Shown here: one piece after another, positions 11,040-23,069 of the stretch
Numbering within the stretch: the stretch's first letter is position 1
Layout of the letters: each line of letters begins with the position of its first letter
Origin: Octopus sinensis
Lineage: Eukaryota
Length of the DNA: 64,000 nucleotides
Assembly: GCF_006345805.1 (NCBI RefSeq)
Contig: NC_043017.1
Span: 3,906,001 to 3,970,000, forward strand
Direction of reading: 5' to 3'
The notes under the pieces: model-generated
Databases searched by the model: none
Told to the model about the DNA's origin: nothing
Seen by the model: only the letters and a program-made list of their open reading frames with translations
Position numbers and translations under genes: made by a program

Positions 11040-11575
11040 ATTTGTTTAACTTCCTCTCCTCTTCTTTAAGGAGGGCGAAATACAGATTTGCAGTCGATGC
11101 GACAAGGCTGGAGGAGGGGAAAATATCGCGGGCCGCCGTGTCCCAGATTAGGGATTTAACTCCTTCGTATGGGAAAAGGATTAGTCCTTCAACAGTCCAA
11201 TAGGCGAGAGCTGACCCCAGTTCACGGACTACATTGGGTTCAACCATCCCGCCGATGAAGGTGCGACTGGAGAACTGCGTTGCATGTAAGGACAGAAACA
11301 CTGCATAAAATGGGAGACTTCTTGGTGTATAGCGGAAAGACTAAACGAGCACGGGAGAGAATACAGTGACAAGAAACAGTCCTCCATACTCTATCAACAT
11401 CCCAGACACCAACATTGTGGCACACTGGGCCGAATTGACATCCACATTTTGTCAAAGCACCCGGTGGACCCATCACTTAGAAAAATACAAGAGTATCTCC
11501 TCATAAACGAAGCGTTAGCCGTACTAATTAGGAAATAGACGTAGAAGATAGAGATACACCAGTACCACATATAGT
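11040..11575 (+). mobile_element. Penelope-like element GIY-YIG endonuclease relic
   Basis: Across a stop and frameshifts: CVACKD..GETSWCIAERLNEH..SSILYQH..LRKIQEYLLI, matching the GETxR..RL.EH and R...E...I motifs. Confidence 0.6.
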
Positions 11576-11707
11576 ACTGAAAGAAGCCCGTCGTATATAT
11601 GTATGTGTGTGTGTGTGAGTGTGTGTGTGTGTGTGTGTGTGTAGGAGGTGTATGTGTGTGCGTGTGTGTGTATATGTGTGAGATTACTTCAAAGCATTGC
11701 AACGTAC

Positions 11708-11894
11708 CTCTCTAAGTTTACTCAGTTGATTCACCACTATGCTATTTCTGGCCTTCAAGTCATCAACTTGCTTCTGAAGTTCGCTTGCCCTCCTTCTGTT
11801 GGTTTCGCTCTCTGCAATGCGTTGGGCAACTTCATCGTGTAATCCATCGATTTCCGCTTGCACTCTGTCTTTCTCGTCCTTTACTTGTGTTAAT
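11708..11894 (-). CDS. IF gene A exon 2 (coil 1B, long form)
   Basis: tgtcag|A TTA ACA CAA...LTQVKDEKDRVQAEIDGLHDEVAQRIAESE...LSKLRE|gtacgt; 187 nt, phase 2 to 0. Confidence 0.9.
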
Positions 11895-12372
11895 CTGACA
11901 GAGAAATAGTCAAAATGGTTTTGCTAAGAAATTAAAACTTGACGTGCAGCTAAACGACGAATAGCGTTTTCAAAATTTTAATATCCTACACCCTCTTCTT
12001 TTTTCTTTGCCAGAGGGATGGAGAGGGGGAAAATAAAAATTTTGAAAACGTGTCTTTGGTGTTTTTGAAAATCTTCAATTTTTAAAGGACGCTCCAACGA
12101 CAACAACAAAACCGGAGATCCACTTTCTTAATACGAAATACAAAAGAGCAAAAAAAACTCATTTTTATATATCTCTCTTAATTCCAAAAGACCCTCAACC
12201 GCCACATGTTCACTTTCTGTCACAGATACGCTGGGTGAGGGGAAGGGTGTTTATTTATTTATTTTTGGAAAATTAAAATTTTACAAAAACATTTTTGTTT
12301 TTTCAGAATCATAATCTCTGTATTTTTCTGCGTATTTCGCTAAAAAAAAGTTCTAAAAAAGTAAAAAAAACT

Positions 12373-12681
12373 GTGGGGTGGGGTGGTAGGGGTGGGGTGT
12401 GGTAGGGGTGGGGTGTGGTAGGGGTGGGGTGTGGCGTGGCAGGGGTGGGGTGTGGCAGGGGTGGGGTGTGGCAGGGGTGGGGTGTGGCAGGGGTGGGGTG
12501 TGGCAGGGGTGGGGTGTGGCAGGGGTGGGGTGTGGCAGGGGTGGGGTGGGGTGTGGCAGGGGTGGGGTGTGTGGCAGGGGTGGGGTGTGGCAGGGGTGGG
12601 GTGGGGTGTGGCAGGGGTGGGGTGTGGTGTGGCAGGGGTGGGGATGTGGTAGGGGTGTGGGTGTGGTAGGGGGTGGGGGTG
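12373..12681 (+). repeat. G-rich 16-bp minisatellite (GTGGCAGGGGTGGGGT)n
   Basis: About 18 units with G4 runs. Confidence 0.9.
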
Positions 12682-12755
12682 ACTAAACTTTTGAAATGCC
12701 GATTTTTTTGCAGATTCGGAATCTCTGCAGTAAAAAAAAAATGGGGTTTCTGTAA

Positions 12756-13040
12756 GAAACTGAAAGAAGCCTGTCTTGTATATGTATATATATGTGTGTT
12801 TGTGTCTGTGTTTGCCCCCCCCCCCACACACACACACACACCACACCAACATCGCTTGACAACCGATGCTGGTGTGTTTATGTCCCCGTAACTTAGCGAT
12901 TCGGCAAAAGAGACCGATAGAATAAGTACGAGGCTTACAAAGAATAAGCCCTGGGGTCGATTTGCTCGACTAAAGGCGGTGCTCCAGCAAGGCCGCAGTC
13001 AAATGACTGAAACAAGTAAAAGAATAAAAGGATAAAAGAA
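12756..13040 (+). mobile_element. 5'-truncated SINE family 1
   Basis: Matches the 3' two-thirds of family 1. Confidence 0.8.
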
Positions 13041-13294
13041 AATTGGGATTGAGCCAACGAGAAGGAGATTCTTCATGGTCGTCCATTTATAACACAAATC
13101 GCACTCAAATGTGTCACAAAGAAGATGGAATTGTCATAAATGGAACGCCTTTAATTATCAGGAACTGAGCTAGGGCAAAACAAATCCGTCTAATAAGACG
13201 TTTCGTTAGAAATACAAATGGTGCTTCATTCAAGTCATCGATGACAATATCTGTTATTAAACAAAGATGTTTATCATTGATAAGCTTCATTATA

Positions 13295-13697
13295 GGCGCA
13301 GGAGTGGCTGTGTGGTAAGTAGCTTGCTAACCAACCACATGGTTCCGGGTTCAATCCCACTGCGTGGCACCTTGGGCAAGTGTCTTCTGCTATAGCCCCG
13401 GGCCGACCAATGCCTTGTGAGTGGATTTGGTAGACGGAAACTGAAAGAAGCCTGTCGTATATATGTATATATATATAAGTTTGTGTGTCTGTGTTTGTCC
13501 CCCTAGCATTGCTTGACAACCGATGCTGGTGTGTTTACGTCCCCGTCACTTAGCGGTTCGGCAAAAAAGACCGATAGAATAAGTACTGGGCTTACAAAGA
13601 ATAAGTCCCGGGGTCGATTTGCTCGACTAAAGGCGGTGCTCCAGCATGGCCGCAGCCAAATGACTGAAACAAGTAAAAGAGTAAAAGAGTAAAAGAG
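13295..13697 (+). mobile_element. tRNA-derived SINE family 1
   Basis: Full-length copy. Confidence 0.85.
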
Positions 13698-14167
13698 AGA
13701 GAGAAAGAGTATGATGATTGTGGCTGGTCCAGAAAAACAGTGAAATCATGTGGTGTCTTTTAAACGGACAGATTAGGAAAATTGCCAATTATATTATACA
13801 CCACACAAAGTAATTGAAATGCACATCTGGATTAATTACAAATTTTATATTTGTAAAGTCTAATTTTTGTAAATACTTAAGGTCGGATAAGTGAACGTAC
13901 GAAAGAGAGTTTTGTACCAATTATCTGCCAGAGCTATTTCGGGAATTCGAGTAAAAGGTATTGGTTATCCGGGATTTACATACGATCAGCAATTTTGATC
14001 GCTTTCGTATCAAAATTTAGAGTTCGAGCAACCAAGTATTTTTATAGATACCAAACGTATCTGCATAAAATAGCTAGGAGTGGTTTGGAGTGTTATCTTA
14101 GAACTGTGAAGGTAGTGTTTATGGACTTTTGCAATTAACTATGGCTGTTCTTATAAAAGCTTAAATA

Positions 14168-14560
14168 GCAGGAGTGGATGTGTGGTAAGTAGCTTGTTTA
14201 CCAACCACATGGTTCCGGGTTCAGTCCCACTGCGTGGCACCTTGGGCAAGTGTCTTCTGCTATAGCCTCGGGCCGACCAAAGCCTTGTGAGTGGATTTGG
14301 TAGACGGAAACTGAAAGAAGCCTGTCGTATATATGTGTATATATGTATATATGTGTGTGCATGTATGTTTGTGTTTGTCCCCCTAGCATTGCTTGACAAC
14401 CGATGCTGGTGTGTTTATGTCCCCGTCCTCTTAGCGGTTCGGCAAAAGAGGCCGATAGAATAAGTACTGGGCTTACAAAGAATAAGTCCCGGGGTCGATT
14501 TGCTCGACTAAAGGCGGTGCTCCAGTATGGCCGCAGTCAAATGACTGAAACAAGTAAAAA
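14168..14560 (+). mobile_element. tRNA-derived SINE family 1
   Basis: Near full-length copy. Confidence 0.85.
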
Positions 14561-16293
14561 AAAGAGAGAGAGTTTCCAATATTTAAGTGATAGAGATCAG
14601 GCTATCAGACTGCTAATTAGGTTAATAATTAAAGTGTAAATGAAGACGGAGAATGTTCACAATTTACTTTCCGTAGTTAAGGGTTTAGCCAAAGAACCAA
14701 TTAGACTATGTAGCAGACATCGGTTGTAGGGTCGATTTATTCGACTAAATCTTTCCAGGCGGTACCCCAGTATAGCCGCAGTTCAATGACCGAAGCAAGT
14801 AAAAAAAAAAAAAAAAAGAAATAATCGGTAACATTATCTGAGCATTAATTAACATCCTGGTTAATTACGAAAGTGCTGTACCAATCAATCATGTTAGGCG
14901 GCGGCGTTGATTGGTTGGTTGAAGTGGACCAGGAAGCTTATCTTTACGATATGACGCAGTATAAATTATTGAAATTCGATTGGACGTTGCGATACTACGA
15001 ATGTGAAAGAGTATCTGAGAATTGAGACCCCGCGTTTAAGTCATGCTACTCCAATGAAATTATTGCAAATATTATTTAGTTCACAATTCTAGTGAGTATA
15101 TCCATGGGTAACAGCCCAATGTTAGCAAAAATATTGATATTGTTCGTTGTAAGTGTTCTGAAACCTCTAAAACGGACTGAATTCTTTTTTACATCTATAA
15201 AAGCAAGGCATCACCTCCAATAATATTTCATAAAACATCTTGGAATTGGATTGGATGGATCTCCGATCAGTTCAATTCCCTCAAAGTCTTTCAATGGTGT
15301 CAACTGTGGTTCGTATGAATGGTTTCCTTAGTGTCTTTACTGAACTACACTACAAAAGCTTCATTCTTGTTCGACACAATTTTCCGATTCCCCCAATTTT
15401 TAAAGATTACCCCCCACCCTACCCCCGCTCTTGAGTTTTTACTAATTTTTCTCACAATCAACTCGTTCGAGAAAGTACAGTTTCGTCTTTTAAACTCACG
15501 GAGCATGTTAATTTATTCAGATAGTATCGTTATCGTGATTACAAACGTTCAAAGTCATTTTGATGTATTGACAAAAGAAACACGAAAGGTGAAGAGAGAA
15601 TGACTTTGATTAAGTCAAAAAAGTAAGTCGGGTTATTGAAAGCTTAGTTAAATTTCATGGGGCCTTCACTTCCATCATAGCTTGACATAGACTAGAAATG
15701 TGCCATAATACTCAAAACAATCACAGGGAACTGATCAACTAAAGAAATCAGCTTACACGGACTTACACTAGGGTGGATAGGAATTTCATTTCATCAGAAA
15801 TGTATATAGACTTAAACCGAAAGGTATGCCTGACCTAACAGCTCGAATGCTATTCATCTAGATATTGCAAATTTAGCTGAATCCTTTTGATATTTATGTA
15901 TTGTCTGAATGTCGAGCTATATCAAGATTCTTTTTAAAAATGAACAACTCGCCAGGCCGACTTTTTTTTTTTTACATAGAATATAAGAATTGAACCTAAG
16001 AGTTTTGTTCTGCAACAAACAGACCAAGCAGAGTTTCTTTGCTTAATATTGATTTCTTAAGTGTTGCAAATTTTAAAATTTCAAGAGCTGGATGCCTAAC
16101 TAGAATGCGAAAATTCACTGTAGGTAGAATGTAGAGAAAGAACATTAAAAGGAAATTGAAGTAATCTATTGAAGAGAAATTGACCTAACTTTAAAGATGG
16201 ACGTTTATGATGCGTAGAGGTTTTAAAGGATATAATAAAGGATATAATTAAGAGCAAATAATAATGGGTATATTAAGAGTCAATTTCACTTAC

Positions 16294-16730
16294 TGTTCTT
16301 TCAAATCTTCAACTTCTTCTTCAAGCGATTCATTTTTGGACTTTGTAGCTGCAAGTTCCACATCTTTGTCTTTTAGAAGTGTTTCCAACTCCTTCAGTCG
16401 ATCTTCGTATAAGATCTTGATTTTATCACATTTAAAGTCCTTCTCAGCACTCAAGTTATTTTTCAGATGTTTGTTTTCAGCTTCTAAGTAACGTATATTT
16501 TGAAGAAAGGTGGTAAGTTTTATATTTAAAGCTTGCATCTCTTTCTTTTCCTTTTCGCCCTTATTTTTCATTTCAGCAACCTGTTTTTGGCCATGTTCTG
16601 CTATCACTCCTTTGGGAAAGAACACTGGAGCTGGCTGTATGGGAGCTGGTATACGAATGCCATTCCTGAAAGGTCTTCTTCGTCTCACATGTCCCACTGG
16701 TTTTCTTGCTTTTATTTCTTCTCGATTCAT
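16294..16730 (-). CDS. IF gene A exon 1 (head, coil 1A, coil 1B start)
   Basis: ATG at 16730; EKKEMQALNIKLTTFLQNIRYLEAEN is a coil 1A variant; donor GAA CA|gtaagt, phase 2. Confidence 0.92.
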
Positions 16731-16875
16731 TTTTGTTGTTGTTATTCAAAGATTTTGTGTTAAAGAGAAATGTGGGAATGTAATAAGAAACGACTCACTG
16801 CTTGGAGAACGAATTGCGCTCGGAAAAAGATTCTACAAAACGTTTTACGACCTGCTGTGGTTTACTTGCGATGCC

Positions 16876-16925
16876 AAATGATCGAGTCTAAGACGTTGTA
16901 TCTTCTTATATATAACAAGGAAGTG
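16876..16925 (-). promoter_or_regulatory. Gene A core promoter: TATA box, Inr-like TCATTT, adjacent GGAA (ETS-like) site
   Basis: Minus strand CACTTCCTTGTTATATATAAG lies about 31 nt upstream of TCATTT (A at 16879); same arrangement before gene B. Confidence 0.65.
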
Positions 16926-18235
16926 TTGTAGTGAAGGTTCGAGAAAGATGAATGGAATGAGTGACAGAGAAAGAGAGGGGAAGACATGTAAAGGGTATAA
17001 TCATAGTGTAAGATCTATTTTTTGAGCAAATGGACTCTTAGCCTTTTGTTTACATAGATCAACAGTATTAGAGCTACAGAGATCAATTTCAATTTTCACG
17101 TAAGTATGTTTGTGTGCATTGACCTGTAAAGGTAGATATACGTGTGTATCTACTTCTCTATTTATCACACTGTATGTATATGTATGTATGCATTTGTTGG
17201 AAAATATTTTGTTGTACAGAAACAAAACTTCCTTGTCGCAGAAGTAAGTGTAGTAAATTTAATAGGGATGAATTTTGATGGCGGGGTTGGGGTGTGTAAC
17301 GGTGGGTCGTGGATGGAGGGGGTAAAGACGAAGGGAGAAGGTGGGTAGGAGTGAAGAGAGGAGTAGGTGTCATGGCAAGAAGGAAGTATTCCCATGCATG
17401 TAGTTGCATATCTAGACATACTCATATTTATCTAAATGATAAACTTCTGGAAAGTTTTACAGATTTTTACAGTTCCATTGATGGCTTGGATCTGTAGACT
17501 TCGAATCAGCTGTCTCCTTTCTGGTTTTGAGAAGCCTAATTTCTCAAGATTGAGAAATATTGACTGTAATATTCTTTAGTGACACGTGTTTTGTTGCAGG
17601 TACTATGTATGTATGGTATCACTTATGGGATAATTGAAATTGATCTCTGTAACTCTAATACACACTATTGATCTATGTAAACAAAAGGCTAAGATTTCAT
17701 TTGCTCAAAAAATAGATCTTACACTATGATTATGCATATTAATTGTGATATGGCTATGTATTTGTTTAATAAAGGACAGCGCGACCATTGGTCAGGTTGC
17801 ATTATGTTACGTGTAGCAAAAAGCCTACTTGCTTCCTTGTTATTAAAAAAGAAAAAACTTCCTAGTGGCACAAAAAGGTGCAGTAAATTTTGATGCATGC
17901 CATGCTTAAGAGAGTAAAGTGAATTGCAATCTGCTGCAGTGGTCCTCGGCTTCTAAAAGAAGCTTTCGTAATAATTTGCGATTTTGCCTTTGAAGAATTT
18001 TTCATGATGGCACGTCTGTATATTTACTGAGGATTTGCTTAAAAGTCGAATGTTCTGCTTGCTGTTAACCTTTAGTTCATTTGCTCTTTTGCATGCAAGG
18101 AATATGAATTTTTATATCCCTCGTCTTTGAAGGCAGAGAACAACCAGAAGATTTATTGGCAGTCAACAAAAGTCAACACTTTCTAATCACATTGACAGAG
18201 ACACACATGCATATATTTGTCTTGCCATTCATTAC

Positions 18236-18334
<99 letters not shown>

Positions 18335-18727
18335 ATACATACACACATAAACCCACACACATATGGGTTATTCCAATGAAATCCAACAAGGCTCCGTTGT
18401 GAATGTTCTAGATTTTTACCAAATTTATACCATTTGTTACAATCCATGAAACGATTAACTTCTCAATATCCTAACTCCGTAGCTGTAACTAGTTAGATTT
18501 TATGACCATTTCATGTTTAGGCACTTATCGAAAATTTCTTTCATTTCCAGCGGCCCATCATGCCAAATAGGTTTGATTCCATACTTTGAAAAGTATGGCG
18601 TGTCGTAGGGGGTGATGCTTTGCATTAACAGACAGTTCAGTCTGTTTTAGAAGTTTTAAAACACTAACAACGAACAATATCCCTCGTCAGGCTGTCCACA
18701 AACAGTCGATATCTACTGTATAGGTAA

Positions 18728-19229
18728 CTAGCAGTTTCGCCCGGCGTTGCTCGGGTTTGTAAGGGAAATAACTATATAAGCATTTTTAGAGAGTTACTTC
18801 CCTTATAGATGCCAATTCGGGCTTTCTTAGCCATTTCTGTTTTGGCGTCTTCAAGCCATGAAGTCGTTGTTCTAAAAGAACGCTGGTCTCCTTGACAACG
18901 CTTTACGACGTTGATTTCCTTACACTCCCTTCCCCACAGCTTCACGAGGGAGGGAAGGAGGGGAGAAGCAAACAGGTGCAAGTGTGACCATGGACGCCAA
19001 CTCCGCCGCCATCGACACACGAAAAATTATGCATTAAAATGGAATAGAAAATGATGTTAAATTATTTTTAAAATCGTAGACTCATCGTAGACGCGCGCTA
19101 ATACTCAGACGGGCTCGATATGAATCACAACTATATGATACCTGAATTTGGTTAAACTGCACCGCAAAATGTGGGAATCTAAATCGAAGGGAACCGACAC
19201 TCACACAACTACAGTTTTATATATATAGA
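18728..19229 (-). mobile_element. Non-autonomous Helitron
   Basis: Same termini; absent from the duplicated block near 23380. Confidence 0.8.
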
Positions 19230-19704
19230 TATATATTATACCAAACCTTACCTAAGATCCTCGTTGACAGGTATCTCAGACTGAATAAAGCTAAAAATAC
19301 GTTATGCAAATTAGTAGCTCCAGTTATCTGTAGCTATCGAATTTGATGAATACATAAACAGATTGGGTGTTAACTTATCTCAAATTTTTGTTAGGCACCC
19401 TTGATTAGCACCCGATAATCTTCTAGAATCGATTACAGCTGTTTCATTGTCTTTCATTGAACCCGGAACCACGTGGTTAGTAAGCAAATTACTTACCACA
19501 CAGCCGCTCCTGCGCCTATATGTATATTTTATATGATAAATATATATTTTATGTAAGAAGAAAAGAAGGGATAAAAAAGAATATAAGGCAGGTATCAATA
19601 ATAAAGCATTCAGTCTTAAACGATTTTGCTTAACTCTACCAAAGAAACGGACAGACACCAATAAATGCAAGTAGAATAAACATCCAAAATAATTCCTGAT
19701 GTAA

Positions 19705-20088
19705 GGAAGCACTCCGTCAGTTACGACGACGAGGGTTCCGGTTGATCAGAATCAACGGAACAGCCTGCTCGTGAAATTAACGTGTAAGTGGCCGAGCACT
19801 CCACAGGCGCATGTACACTTAACGTAGTTATCGGGGATATTCAGCGTGACACAGAGAGGGACAAGGCCGGCCCTTTGAAATACAGGTACAACAGAAACAG
19901 GAAGTAAGAGTGAGAGAAAGTTGTGGTGAAAGAGTACAGCAGGGATCACCACCATTCCTTGCCGGAGCCTCGTGAAGCTTTTAGGTGTTTTCGGTCAATA
20001 AACACTCACAACACCCGGTCTGGGAATCGAAACCGCGATCCTATGACCGCGAGTCCGCTGCCCTAACCAGTGGGCCATTGCGCCTCCA
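19705..20088 (-). mobile_element. tRNA-derived SINE family 2 (duplicated at 23891-24274)
   Basis: Head GGAGGCGCAATGGCCCA..GGTTTCGATTCCC; TSD aattcctgatgta. Confidence 0.85.
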
Positions 20089-20471
20089 ATTCCTGATGTA
20101 TGACAAGTAGGTCCAAATATCATTTAGAATTTCATGAAATTCAGAGTATAACACAGCAAAAATAGGGAGAGAGAAAAATCACATCTTTAATTGTGATAAA
20201 AGTGTCATGGCGGTCGTTTCTGCTGCATTAACATATTTAGACAGAAAAAAATTCAAATTAATGTATCCGAAAATACATGTTAACACAATGTTCTCAAGTC
20301 GATTCAAAATTAGTTGACTTCAAAGTGAACTAAGAAAATATTTCCAGTAGGTAAACGCATACAAAAGGAACGTCAAGATGAAAAATATATGATATTCTAA
20401 GAAAAGCTAATTTAGTATTCACCTTCAGGTGACGTCAGTGGATTGCGGAAGAATAAAATAAATATATAGTA

Positions 20472-20879
20472 GCAGGAGTGGCTGTGTGGTAAGTAGCTTG
20501 TTTACCAACCACATGGTTCCGGGTTCAGTCACACTGCGTGGCACCTTGGGCAAGTGTCTTCTACTATAGCCTCGGGCCGACCAATGCCTTGTGAGTGGAT
20601 TTGGTAGACGGAAACTGAAAGAAGCCCGTCGTATATATGTATATATATATACATATGCGAATGTGTGTTTGTGTGTCTGTGTTTGTCCCCCTGGCATTGC
20701 TTGACAACCGATGCTGGTGTGTTTATGTCCCTGTTACTTAGCGGTTCGGAAAAAGAGACCGATAGAATAAGTACTGGGCTCACAAAAGAATAAGCCCCGG
20801 GGTCGAGTTGCTCGATTAAAGTTGGTGCTCCAGCATGGCCGCAGTCAAATGACTGAAACAAGTAAAAGAGTAAGAGTAA
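20472..20879 (+). mobile_element. SINE family 1 (duplicated at 24655-25061)
   Basis: Family match. Confidence 0.85.
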
Positions 20880-21234
20880 ATATGAATTCTAAGTTACGAC
20901 AATTAGAAAGAGAGAATCTACGTCACAACAATTAATTATCTCTCTATTTAATATGCGAAACATTTTTAGAAAACTTATACTTTTGGAGCATTGAAAATAA
21001 TAACACAAACTTTTGACAGAACTCTCAGCTGATTTCAATATATGTACACAATTTATTTTCTCTATCCCAAATCCTTATAAAATATCTATTGTGCTTACAT
21101 TTTATTGAGGCTTTCACTAGGACACTCCACCAGTATTACTTTTCATTATGAGTGATTATGGCTTCTACTATGCAGTAGGTTCTTTCTTTTTTTTTTTTAA
21201 CTTGGGCTTATCCTTCCGACGGATCTCATTAAAC

Positions 21235-21640
21235 AACAATCTCCCAGCTACAATAGCATATCTCATCTCTAGATAATAACTTGATGACATTTTCGGATAA
21301 CTGCTTATGATGTGGGTGATATCTTCGGTGTTAACTCCACAAAGTCAGCATCGGTTATCACATTTTGCTGCTTTTACTTGGTTTCTGTCACTTTTGTGCA
21401 TCAGGTATTCGGTTGGTATATCTTGTTCTTAGATTGCAAACGCACGCCCTTCAAAGGGGAAGGTAGTAATCCAGTTGTTGGTGGATGATAAACTGGTGAT
21501 CAACGTTTCTATCATCCTGGTGATTTGTACTAACACATCCATGCATAGTCTTCAGCTGATATACGCCCATCCTTATAAGATTATCCATCACTGAATGCTA
21601 CTCAAAAACAATTTGCAAGCATATTTACATTCCCATATAA
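21235..21640 (-). mobile_element. R4/Dong-like LINE relic (duplicated at about 25405-25800)
   Basis: QDIPT...CDNRC*LCG...EDITHIISS, a CCHC-region remnant. Confidence 0.5.
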
Positions 21641-21739
21641 CAACTAAGAACATCACCATTATTGTATTACGCATACGCGGAAGTGTTTGTTCGACTAGGT
21701 GCTGGTGGCTTAATTACATACGACTCAAGCTAGAGAAGT

Positions 21740-21842
21740 GGTGCGTATTATACACAAGGTTTAGGTTTTTCAGAGGTACAGCCCCCTAAAAATCCCCTGC
21801 GTATTATACTCAAGGACGGACTATACTCGAGGATTTACGGTA
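21740..21842. mobile_element. End of pogo/Tc1-type MITE (duplicated at about 25900-26012)
   Basis: Terminates ...TATACTCGAGGATTTACGG|TA, with repeated GCGTATTATAC subterminal motifs. Confidence 0.45.
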
Positions 21843-22030
21843 TGTAAAATTTTATTGTATCCTAGAATACTATTTGTAGCAAGTAAAGCAATACTGTCTT
21901 ACGAATGATCGCTCCGTCCGTGACAAACCACATACATTCCTAACACTAGGAAGTTTTGTTTTTCTACGACGAACAAAGCCCAATATATATATATATATAT
22001 ATATAATATATATATATAATTATATATATA

Positions 22031-22168
<138 letters not shown>

Positions 22169-22379
22169 GTTACTCTCAAAAGATATTCATTATATATAGC
22201 TTTCTCATTAATCCAGGTGTACGGTCAACGTATCTGATAACACTAAGAAGTTTGCTTGGATATTAAGATGGCTATTTGACCACCCAGCATGATAAATGAT
22301 TTGGCCTTCAAAAGGGGAAAAACTCAAGAGAGTAAATGACCATCAAATACATACATATATATATGCACACATATTATAT

Positions 22380-22416
<37 letters not shown>

Positions 22417-22539
22417 CAACAATCAAGGAACGGCCATAATAGGCCATTCACCCTCTAGAAATAACAGCCAAAGCTTCAACCGCAAATAAAAATCAATTCC
22501 GTAACCAGGAGAAAAAATTTTAAAAACATTTACCCTGTA

Positions 22540-22645
22540 ATTTCTTATACGATGCACCGTTTCATCTGCTGTTTAATGGTAAACTAACCTGATTAATTAA
22601 ATCAAGCCAATCTTCCATAGGCCCTCAGATTCTTCAGTAAGAAAT
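22540..22645 (-). ncRNA. Type I hammerhead ribozyme motif in a (TA)n-flanked Penelope-like/retrozyme element
   Basis: AUUUCUUA-CUGAAGA-AUCUG[57 nt]CAGAU-GAAAC-GGUGCAUC-GUA-UAAGAAAU: 8-bp stem I, 5-bp stem II, short stem III, intact core. Confidence 0.7.
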
Positions 22646-22757
22646 AGCCAAGTCGGAACAGATATTTTCACGAGGCATTTCCAAAAATATATATATATAT
22701 ATATTATATATATATATATATATTATAATATATATATATATATATATACATATATAT

Positions 22758-23069
22758 GTTAGTTAGTTAGTTAGTTAACTTGGCTCAAAAGCAAATAGCA
22801 AGGCCATGTAGGGGGACATGGAGTAAGTACAGGCGTGGTGTTCATGTAAAGAGTTCAGGCCACTTGAGGTCAAGGGAGACTTTGAACAAAACGGTCGTCG
22901 GAATCTTCACCATCTCGTCTGGCAGCTTGTTCCACGGATCCGCAACCCGGACGGAGAAAGCTCCTCTCCTTCGATTTAGATGAAATCGTCGCAGGTAGAG
23001 CTTTTCGGAATGACCACGCAGCCGACGCTCTGGAGCAGGAGTGAAGAACAGCTCTTTCGAGAGGTTACA
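22758..23069 (-). mobile_element. 5'-truncated CR1/L2-type LINE 3' end
   Basis: RLRGHSEKL...FSVRVADPWNKLP..FKVSLD ORF2 C-terminus; (TAAC)n tail. Confidence 0.8.

Noticed and set aside
12309-12852. Pro/His/Thr-rich 170-176 aa ORFs
   Set aside because: Products of the 16-bp G-rich minisatellite; no supported splice context.
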